NCBI GenBank assembly: GCA_017477845.1
Contig: JAFUTR010000009.1
Span: 1 to 60,914 of the forward strand
DNA: 60,914 bases
Reading direction: 5' to 3'
Origin: Bacilli bacterium
Lineage (GTDB): Bacteria > Bacillota_I > Bacilli_A > RF39 > UBA660
Both the position numbers and the translations under genes were made by a program. A model generated the notes under the pieces. That model saw only the letters and a program-made list of their open reading frames with translations. It made no database searches and had not been told where the DNA came from. Below, piece after piece: positions 49,017 through 56,145 of the stretch. How positions within the stretch are numbered: position 1 is the stretch's first letter; each line of letters opens with the position of its first letter.

Positions 49017-49265
49017 ATGAAAAAAACTCTACTACCTATTGGAACAGTTATAAAAGTATATAATAATGATAATAAATATATTGTTTTGGGAACATTCTGT
49101 AAGGTAGATAATAAAATGTTTACTTATTATGGCTGCATATATCCATATGGTTTAATACTCGATGATAGTGATGAAAGTAAAAAAATAAAAAAATATGATA
49201 TATATATAGATCAAAATGATATTGAGAAAATTATTTTTTTAGGAAATGTAAATAGTGAGGTATAG
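49017..49265 (+). CDS. DUF4176-like protein, paralog 3
   Basis: LLPIGTVIKV...FTYYGCIYPYGL...DIEKIIFLGN. Confidence 0.6.
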   Translation: MKKTLLPIGTVIKVYNNDNKYIVLGTFCKVDNKMFTYYGCIYPYGLILDDSDESKKIKKYDIYIDQNDIEKIIFLGNVNSEV

Positions 49266-49267
49266 TT

Positions 49268-49714
49268 ATGGCATATTCTCAAAGGTATTATGCTGCAGTG
49301 CAGGAAATTGATAATTTAAAAAAGCATTTAGCAGATTTGGATTCTGATTATGCAACATTGCACGAGTGCAAACAAAAATTAGCTTCTTGTAGTGTCCTTT
49401 TTGGTGATGTATCAACTCAATGTGATGATATAAATAGAGCATTTAATAGAGGAACAATAGAAGGAAGATATGATGCTTGTGGAATAGATTTTAAAACTAA
49501 AAAAGATGTTTTTGAATATTTAGAGATTATTGGTTCTTCAACAAACAAGTTTAACTCATCTTGTAATGATGTTAAAACACAAATAGACGAATTCGGTGCA
49601 TCATTAGATGGCTATTGCAAAGATATAGCGAATGAAGCACAAGTTGTTTCAGATAAGATAAATAGCTTGATGTCCCAATTAGTATATTTAATGGAGCCAG
49701 AACCACCTAAATAA
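49268..49714 (+). CDS. helical Cys-rich protein (148 aa), possible effector partner/targeting subunit
   Basis: Coiled-coil-like N-terminus and 7 Cys. 2-nt gap from the upstream gene and 22 nt before the toxin candidate. Confidence 0.4.
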   Translation: MAYSQRYYAAVQEIDNLKKHLADLDSDYATLHECKQKLASCSVLFGDVSTQCDDINRAFNRGTIEGRYDACGIDFKTKKDVFEYLEIIGSSTNKFNSSCNDVKTQIDEFGASLDGYCKDIANEAQVVSDKINSLMSQLVYLMEPEPPK

Positions 49715-49736
49715 TATAGTATATATGGAGAGTTAT

Positions 49737-51035
49737 ATGAGTGATGTATTTAGTAGTAATATTAGCCCTTCCGAAATGGCTGAAATGAATATGGAAGATG
49801 CCAAACAAATTGATGTTGCTTTGGGAGTTATAATTAATGAGATGCCAAGTCGGATTGCTTTTGCAAAAAATATGCTTGATGATGTTGCAACAAGCATTAA
49901 GTCATTAAAAACATTAAATCTAGGTTTTAATATAAATGGTGAAGTTGAAAATTTAGCTAAAGATTTTGATACCTTTTCACAAGAAGTTATAAATAATGCA
50001 AGTTATTATGAATTAAATATTGTAAAAATAATAGATATATTTGATAGACAAAATAGTTTAGATGGTTCATCAACTATTGATAATAATTATTTTAAGAGTT
50101 TACCATTTCTTGGTGCAATGCTATTAACTGTATTAAAGTATGCTACTAATACTAGACGAGGTGATTTAGCTCCACAAATTGCAGTTGATGTTTCAGGCAA
50201 TTGGATGGATAGGGATTTTAATGAAGCTATTGGTGCAGTTGCATATAATGCAACTGAATGGCTTCCTTGGAGCTCTTTAGGAAAAAATGGTGTTGCTGTT
50301 GCAGCATTAATAACAGTTGAATCTTTATATGATTATTTAAAATTAGGAAATAAGGATCCTAGAAATGTAAGAATTAATTTAATAAATGCAGCAGGTGATG
50401 GTGTTAAACTTCTTGGTGGAAATTTGATAGCAGATTATGTGGCAGTTGATGCTGGTACAGCAGTATCAACATGGGTAGCGACTAAATTGGCAGGTTTTGG
50501 TGGTGCAAAAGTAGCTGGAGGATTAGCTGGTGGAGCGGTAGGAGTTGGTATTGTTGTATTGGGTGAAGTGACAATCGATTTAGTTGTATCACCATTGGTT
50601 GATGAAATAACAGGTGAATCATTTGTTTATATGACATCAATTCAAAAAAATGGTGGAGAAAGGCGATTATATTCAAATTATGTAAATCAAATTCAACATA
50701 GTTATATTAGTCCACTTGGTAGAACAACATCTCTTTATGGTATAACTGTTTCTCCTGAATATTGTCACGAAATGGCACAAATCGATCCTGTAGGAACATT
50801 ATTAGGATTAGATGAATATGGGTATAGTGAAACTTCATATAGCACAACACAATTAGAAAGTTATATATCTGATTTAAAAGCAATTCCAAAAGATAGTCCT
50901 AATTTTCAAGAACAAGTTGATCAATTAACTGCAAATGCGCTGATTGGTGATGGTTCAGGATATGGAACAGATTATATTAGAGATTTATTATATGATTTAG
51001 ATTTTGATCCATATAGTTATGCTATTAATAATTGA
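49737..51035 (+). CDS. candidate secreted membrane-active toxin with a glycine-zipper region
   Basis: ~115-aa helical N-terminal domain (contains TLNLG). Hydrophobic Gly/Ala-rich core LAGFGGAKVAGGLAGGAVGVGIVVLG (nt ~50388-50594) with a GxxxGxxxG pattern. Polar C-terminal ~140 aa. Confidence 0.5.
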   Translation: MSDVFSSNISPSEMAEMNMEDAKQIDVALGVIINEMPSRIAFAKNMLDDVATSIKSLKTLNLGFNINGEVENLAKDFDTFSQEVINNASYYELNIVKIIDIFDRQNSLDGSSTIDNNYFKSLPFLGAMLLTVLKYATNTRRGDLAPQIAVDVSGNWMDRDFNEAIGAVAYNATEWLPWSSLGKNGVAVAALITVESLYDYLKLGNKDPRNVRINLINAAGDGVKLLGGNLIADYVAVDAGTAVSTWVATKLAGFGGAKVAGGLAGGAVGVGIVVLGEVTIDLVVSPLVDEITGESFVYMTSIQKNGGERRLYSNYVNQIQHSYISPLGRTTSLYGITVSPEYCHEMAQIDPVGTLLGLDEYGYSETSYSTTQLESYISDLKAIPKDSPNFQEQVDQLTANALIGDGSGYGTDYIRDLLYDLDFDPYSYAINN

Positions 51036-51048
51036 TAAAGGAGAATGT

Positions 51049-51381
51049 ATGAATTTAGATGGTAAAAATGATGATTATTTTGAAATAAAAAAAATAAGCA
51101 TTGAAGAATTTGATAAACAAGCGAAAAAAGAAAAAGCTGGTGTATTAAGGCGTAGTATAGCAGTTGCTGTAATGAGTGTTGCTACTTCTGCAATACTTGG
51201 AACAAGTGGCTACAATCCATTTTTAGCATTTGCTCAACTATACACTCTACCAATAGCTATGGTAGTTATTTCGGATATAAAAATATTATCAAAATTGAAG
51301 CAAAAAAGAATGCAAATTATGAATGAATCAAGATATGATAATATGGAATCTGAAAATATTAATAGAGGTAAAAAATTATGA
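51049..51381 (+). CDS. 2-TM membrane protein, candidate immunity protein
   Basis: AAAGGAGAA RBS. TM segments SIAVAVMSVATSAILGT and FLAFAQLYTLPIAMVVISDI. Lies immediately downstream of the toxin candidate. Confidence 0.45.
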   Translation: MNLDGKNDDYFEIKKISIEEFDKQAKKEKAGVLRRSIAVAVMSVATSAILGTSGYNPFLAFAQLYTLPIAMVVISDIKILSKLKQKRMQIMNESRYDNMESENINRGKKL

Positions 51382-51656
51382 TAGAAATTGGTGATGAATT
51401 TGATTTTAAGGGTGAAATTGGTATAGTATGTTTTAAAGGAAATTATTACAATCAGGATTATATATGTATTGCTTTTGAAAAAGAAGGGAAATTTGGCATT
51501 TACAAAGTTAAATATGAAGAAGATAAATATTTAGTAGCTGAAGAAAAAGATAAGGAAAAATGTGCATATGTTTTATCTGAATTTGTGACAGATGATATTA
51601 TCGAACATGGTGAAATAGATAAATTAGTAGAATTATTAAAGAAAAATGATGAATAG
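51378..51656 (+). CDS. hypothetical small acidic protein (92 aa)
   Basis: ATGA overlap with the upstream gene. Last gene before attR. Confidence 0.45.
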   Translation: MIEIGDEFDFKGEIGIVCFKGNYYNQDYICIAFEKEGKFGIYKVKYEEDKYLVAEEKDKEKCAYVLSEFVTDDIIEHGEIDKLVELLKKNDE

Positions 51657-51702
51657 TATTTATATTTAAATGAATATAATTGAATATTTGACTATAATCA
51701 AA

Positions 51703-51723
51703 TTAGGTAGCATTTAGGTAGCA
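51703..51723 (+). repeat. attR-like direct repeat TTAGGTAGCATTTAGGTAGCA
   Basis: 20/21 identical to 38559-38579. Confidence 0.7.
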
Positions 51724-51838
51724 AAATTTTAAAACTATAAAGTGAGAATATGATTTTATTTAAATTTTAGTAATTTAAAATGATAATAAAATAGACTTTT
51801 TATAAAAAAATGATATAAAAAAATGGCTCACTGAAAAG

Positions 51839-51878
51839 CCCCCTGAAGACACTGTCGTGAGACAGTGTCATTTTTTTT
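51839..51878 (+). terminator. intrinsic terminator preceded by CCCCCTGAAGA
   Basis: GACACTGTC-GTGA-GACAGTGTC followed by A and T8. Shares an 11-nt 5' motif with the terminator at 38470-38511. Confidence 0.7.
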
Positions 51879-51933
51879 ATTTTTGATGTGTTTTATTAAA
51901 AAAAAGAGACATACTACTAATAAGGAGGAAAAT

Positions 51934-52125
51934 ATGACACAAAAAGAACTATTATATGTAGAAGATGCTGTTAATCATGAAAAAGATATTATTGCCATTG
52001 TAAATGATACAATTAACAATCTTGAAGATATAAAATTAGTTAAATTTTTAAAAAAAGAGTTAAATAATCATATGGCATATAAGAATGAGCTATTAAAATT
52101 ATTGGAGGAGATGTCAAATGAATGA
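51934..52125 (+). CDS. small helical protein (63 aa) upstream of the CotF-like gene
   Basis: AAGGAGGA RBS before MTQKELLYVED. Overlaps the next gene by 8 nt. Confidence 0.5.
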   Translation: MTQKELLYVEDAVNHEKDIIAIVNDTINNLEDIKLVKFLKKELNNHMAYKNELLKLLEEMSNE

Positions 52126-52366
52126 TAGATTATTGTTGGAAAACTATTTATTAGTTTTAAAAAGTACTGTAGAAGTATATGTACATGGAACACTTGAAAG
52201 TAGTAATAAAAATGTAAGAGAAACATTAAAAGCTGGGCTTGATGAAACTATGAAACATCAAGCAAATACATATGACTTAATGGCTCAAAATGGATGGTAT
52301 GTAATTAGTAATGTAAAAGCTAATGAAATAAATAAAACACTAAATAAAGTTAATAAAAATAATTAG
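52118..52366 (+). CDS. CotF-family spore coat protein
   Basis: LLLENYLLVLKSTVEVYVHGTLESSNKNVRETLKAGLDETMKHQANTYDLMAQNGWY fits the Coat_F pattern. Confidence 0.6.
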   Translation: MNDRLLLENYLLVLKSTVEVYVHGTLESSNKNVRETLKAGLDETMKHQANTYDLMAQNGWYVISNVKANEINKTLNKVNKNN

Positions 52367-52402
52367 AACATTATTAAGTGGTATGATAAAAGTAGACAAG
52401 TA

Positions 52403-52435
52403 AAAAAGAACTGTCTACTTTTTCTATTTTTAATA
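52403..52435 (+). terminator. intrinsic terminator
   Basis: GTAGACAG-like arms (GTAGACAAGTAAAAAAGAACTGTCTAC) followed by TTTTT. Confidence 0.6.
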
Positions 52436-52836
52436 TTTAATAAAGAAAATGTACATATGAGGTAGAATAAAATTAATAATACGAGAACACCAGAAGAAAA
52501 AGAAAAAATTGTTAATAAATATTATAATTTAGTATATGATAGATGGAAAATACTTAGATATGGATTAGCATCTAGGAAAGGAGCAATAAGTTCATATTAT
52601 GATGAATTAAATCAAGTTTTAAGCAAAATAAAAAAGAAAAAATTGAATCTCCAATCATTCTTCATAATGACGTTCCAAATCTAATTAAATTATTAAACCC
52701 CAATTCAATATAAAATCGAATCATAGTTTTAATGGTTTTAAAGAATTCTTTTTTGTAAAATTTTATAATTATTATTTTTTAATATGGAAACTTTATATTA
52801 TTTGTGATAACATTTTATTGTAGAGGTGGTTTCAAA

Positions 52837-53592
52837 ATGGCTCAGAACAGATTTATAAATAATGATGATCAATTTTATAATCAAAACAATCAATATAATG
52901 GTCAAAATAATAATCCTTATTATGATCAAAATCAGTACTACAATATGAATAATCAATATAATAATAAGAATAACCAATATTATAATCAAAATCCTTATTA
53001 TAATCAAAATAATAATTTTTTAGCTGATTCTAAAAGTAGTAAGAAAAAATTTAATTTTAAATTTGACAAGAAAGTTCTTATTGGAGTTTTAATAGCTTTA
53101 GTAGTAATAGTTGCAGTCATACTTTTTATTGTATTAGGTGGATCTAAAGCAGAAGAAAAAAAGCCTGAAAATACAAACACTGAAGATAGAATTATTGGTG
53201 ATAGTACTTATGGATATATAACTGTTCCTAGTGATTGGTTGAAATTTGAAGATATTGAAAATGTTAGAGGAATTCAATATACTGATAGAAATGGAGATTA
53301 CATTATAACTATGGACGCTGAAAAGACAAGCACAATAACCGCTCAAAATTGGTATAATGCAATGATAGATAGATTTAAGAAAAATGGAGTAATAAATATA
53401 AGTAGCGAAAATGTAAATGTTGATAAATATAATGCTTTTCAAGTATATGGGTTCCATGAAGAAAGTAAAGTTTGGCTTTCAGTATGGTGTTTTGAAACAG
53501 AAGATGGAATAACGCATTATATTGGTATTGAAGGTCCTGATTATAATAATGAATATTTTAATTTAATATATACTTTTAAAAATACAAAATAA
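52837..53592 (+). CDS. membrane protein with an N-terminal Q/N/Y-rich low-complexity domain
   Basis: GAGGTGG RBS. About 60 aa of NQYNGQNNNPYYDQNQYYNMNNQYNNKNNQYYNQNPYYNQNNN, one TM helix (VLIGVLIALVVIVAVILFIVLGG), and an extracytoplasmic ~140-aa domain. Confidence 0.65.
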   Translation: MAQNRFINNDDQFYNQNNQYNGQNNNPYYDQNQYYNMNNQYNNKNNQYYNQNPYYNQNNNFLADSKSSKKKFNFKFDKKVLIGVLIALVVIVAVILFIVLGGSKAEEKKPENTNTEDRIIGDSTYGYITVPSDWLKFEDIENVRGIQYTDRNGDYIITMDAEKTSTITAQNWYNAMIDRFKKNGVINISSENVNVDKYNAFQVYGFHEESKVWLSVWCFETEDGITHYIGIEGPDYNNEYFNLIYTFKNTK

Positions 53593-53618
53593 AACAATTG
53601 AATTAGTCAATTGTTTTT

Positions 53619-53984
53619 TTATCTTAATTTTTTATCAATTAATTCAACCATTCTTTTAGGGTCTTCCATAATTTTTTCGTATAAATCAGAATGTTTTCTT
53701 AATTCTTTGATAAGAGTTATTTCTTCATTTGCCATAAGTATTCCATAAGTTTCGTTTTTTTCACTTACTACATAATCATCAGTTCCTATTAGATAGTCCA
53801 AATCAACTTTGAAATAATTAGCAATATCAATTAATGTTTCAATTGAAGCCATTCTTGTTCCCTTTTCATAATTACACACACTTACTTTAGTTACATTTAG
53901 AATGTCTCCTAATTGTTGTTGGGTTAAGTTAGATTCTTTCCTCAATGTTTTCAATCTTTTTCCAAATAAAGTCATAATTTTCAC
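53619..53984 (-). CDS. XRE-family HTH regulator
   Basis: LKTLRKESNLTQQQLGDILNVTKVSVCNYEKG. Confidence 0.8.
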   Translation of the reverse strand: MKIMTLFGKRLKTLRKESNLTQQQLGDILNVTKVSVCNYEKGTRMASIETLIDIANYFKVDLDYLIGTDDYVVSEKNETYGILMANEEITLIKELRKHSDLYEKIMEDPKRMVELIDKKLR

Positions 53985-54036
53985 CTCAAATTAAGACCAT
54001 TATATTGAAATGCATAATTGATTTGTATGAAGTTAA

Positions 54037-54408
54037 CTATTCGGTAACTTGTGTTTTTTCTTGTTGTTCAAGTTCATCTTTTTCTTTATTATTTTTAGAA
54101 GATAAAAAAGTTACCCTTTCTGCTATTACATCCATATAATACTTTTTTTCATTGTCTTGTTCAACTAATCTACTTTGTACTCTTCCTTTTATTCCAACTA
54201 TGTCTCCTTTTTTACAAAATTCAACAGTTGATTTTGCAACAGCATCCCAAAGTGTGCAGTTTATAAAATCACTTTCATATTCTCCATCCATGTTTTTAAA
54301 ACTTCTAGGTATCGCAACTGTAATGTGTGAATATTTCTTATTTTTATCTGTTTCTTGAATTTCCGGATCTTTTGTAAGTCTTCCTACTAAGATGATTTGA
54401 TTTAGCAT
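54037..54408 (-). CDS. ssb: single-stranded DNA-binding protein (short, no acidic-tip motif)
   Basis: OB-fold signature MLNQIILVGRLTKDPE...DFINCTLWDAVA...KGDIVGIKGRVQSR. AGGAGG RBS before the ATG at 54408. The C-terminus ends QEKTQVTE rather than D-(I/L)-P-F. Confidence 0.8.
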   Translation of the reverse strand: MLNQIILVGRLTKDPEIQETDKNKKYSHITVAIPRSFKNMDGEYESDFINCTLWDAVAKSTVEFCKKGDIVGIKGRVQSRLVEQDNEKKYYMDVIAERVTFLSSKNNKEKDELEQQEKTQVTE

Positions 54409-54599
54409 GTTCTTCCTCCTTTCGCTTAAGTAATTTAGCATATATTTGAGGAATGAACAAATCGCCAATTCTATGATTTCTTTTGGTTATTATATTGATT
54501 TTTTTAAATTCTATTATAGATTTTTATTATTCATTATATTTTTATCGTTTAATTTATTAAAAGTGCATAAATTATTTTTTTTTAAAAAAAACCTAAAAT

Positions 54600-54803
54600 T
54601 TACATTTTAGGTCCCATTTTTTCTTCAAAGAAGTCTTTACTATCATCATAGTTTAAAGGCATTCCAGCTTTAACATTTTCTAGTTCGTCCATGTCTAATT
54701 CATCATTGTTTTTAACTTCCTTTTTTAGTGCTTCTAATTCTTCCTTAGTCATGTTATCTAACCCTGCTGTTATTTTTTCTAGTTCTTCTTCATTTAGTTC
54801 CAT
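54600..54803 (-). CDS. 67-aa highly acidic peptide co-transcribed with the suf operon
   Basis: AAAGGAG RBS 7 nt upstream and 15 nt after the sufB stop. The terminator hairpin overlaps its stop codon. Confidence 0.5.
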   Translation of the reverse strand: MELNEEELEKITAGLDNMTKEELEALKKEVKNNDELDMDELENVKAGMPLNYDDSKDFFEEKMGPKM

Positions 54804-54818
54804 TTTTTTCTCCTTTCT

Positions 54819-56126
54819 TTACAACATTCTTTTCAATAATTGATTTAATTCAACAGCATATTCCATAGGTAATTCTTCTCTAAATTTCTCGATAAATCCA
54901 AGAATTATTAGTTCTGTTGCTTTTTCTTCATCTATACCTCTAGACATCATATAGAATAAATTATCTTCATTTATTCTTGATACTGTTGCTTCATGTTCAA
55001 GATTACTTTTTGAAGTTCTGCAGACATTAGTAGGATATGCGTCACTTTTTGAGTCTTTATCAAGTATTAATGAGTCACATTTTACAATTGACTTACTGTT
55101 AATTGCACTTTCTTTAATATCAACTTTTCCTCTATATGTAGCATTTCCACCAAGTCTTGCAATACTTTTAGAAATAATTGTACTACTTGTATTTTTACCA
55201 ATATGAATCATTCTAGCACCACTATCTTGATTTTGTTCATGAGTTGCAACACTTATTGTTATACAAGTTCCAGTAGAATTATCTCCTTTTAATATACATG
55301 CTGGATACTTCATTGTAACTTTACTTCCAATATTTCCATCAATCCATTCCATTGTACCATTTTCGTCTACTAAAGCTCGTTTTGTAACTAAATTATACAC
55401 ATTTGGTGCCCAATTTTGTACTGTTGAATATCTACAAGTACTATTTTTTCCAACATATATTTCTACAACAGCGGCATGTAAACTTGAGTCGCTATAAGTC
55501 GGTGCAGTACATCCTTCTACATAATGTAAATGACTATTATCATCTACAATTATAAGAGTTCTTTCAAATTGTCCCATTCCACGAGAATTGATTCTAAAGT
55601 AGCTTTGAAGAGGTCTATCTAGAGTTGTATTTGGTGGAATATAGATGAAACTTCCTCCTGAAAATACAGCGCTATTTAAAGCTGCTAATTTATTATCACT
55701 ATTACTTACTATTTTTGAAAAATACTTTTTTACTAAATCTGGATACTGTTTCATTGCCATTTCAATTGAAGTAAATATTACTTTTTTTTCAACAAGTTCT
55801 TCTATCATATTATGATATATTACTTCACTTTCATATTGAACTCCAATTCCATCCATATATTTTTCACTATCTATTACTCCAAGAGATGCAAATTCACATT
55901 TGATATTATTATCTATTTTATCCCAATTTGAATTTAGTCCTTTTTCTAGACTTTTGTAGTATATTACTTTATCAAAATCTAAATCTATTTTAGGCCCAAA
56001 ATCCGGCATATTAAGTTTTTTAAACATTTCATAGCTTTTTAATCTAAAATCTAATACCCATTGTTCCTCATGTTTTGTCTTTGATATTTTTCTAATATTA
56101 TTTTCATTAAGTCCTACTATTTCCAT
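54819..56126 (-). CDS. sufB: Fe-S cluster assembly protein SufB
   Basis: FERTLIIVDDNSHLHYVEGCTAP and a conserved C-terminal region. The start at 56126 (MEIV, GAAGGA 8 nt upstream) is preferred to 56135. Confidence 0.9.
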   Translation of the reverse strand: MEIVGLNENNIRKISKTKHEEQWVLDFRLKSYEMFKKLNMPDFGPKIDLDFDKVIYYKSLEKGLNSNWDKIDNNIKCEFASLGVIDSEKYMDGIGVQYESEVIYHNMIEELVEKKVIFTSIEMAMKQYPDLVKKYFSKIVSNSDNKLAALNSAVFSGGSFIYIPPNTTLDRPLQSYFRINSRGMGQFERTLIIVDDNSHLHYVEGCTAPTYSDSSLHAAVVEIYVGKNSTCRYSTVQNWAPNVYNLVTKRALVDENGTMEWIDGNIGSKVTMKYPACILKGDNSTGTCITISVATHEQNQDSGARMIHIGKNTSSTIISKSIARLGGNATYRGKVDIKESAINSKSIVKCDSLILDKDSKSDAYPTNVCRTSKSNLEHEATVSRINEDNLFYMMSRGIDEEKATELIILGFIEKFREELPMEYAVELNQLLKRML

Positions 56127-56145
56127 AAAGAACATCCTTCTTTCT

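Larger units (their letters stand above)
38559..51723. mobile_element. integrative mobilizable element (~13.2 kb)
   Basis: Flanking 21-bp direct repeats. Tyrosine integrase, MobV relaxase, RecA-like ATPase and Xis-like HTH sit at one end. No T4SS/coupling-protein genes. Cargo is AbiE plus a T7SS-like effector cassette. Housekeeping genes lie on both flanks. Confidence 0.75.

Noticed and set aside
52466-52684. 72-codon open frame (…NNTRTPEEKEKIVNKYYNLVYDRWKILRYGLASRKGAISSYYDELNQVL…) in the spacer after the CotF-like operon.
   Set aside because: It has no ATG/GTG/TTG start near its 5' end, no RBS and no recognisable family. It may be a gene remnant, but that cannot be supported.
52798-53007. 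69-aa Ile/Leu-only ORF on the minus strand.
   Set aside because: It is the antisense reading of the AAT/CAA/TAT-rich Q/N/Y tract of the 52837-53592 gene, so it is a compositional artefact.
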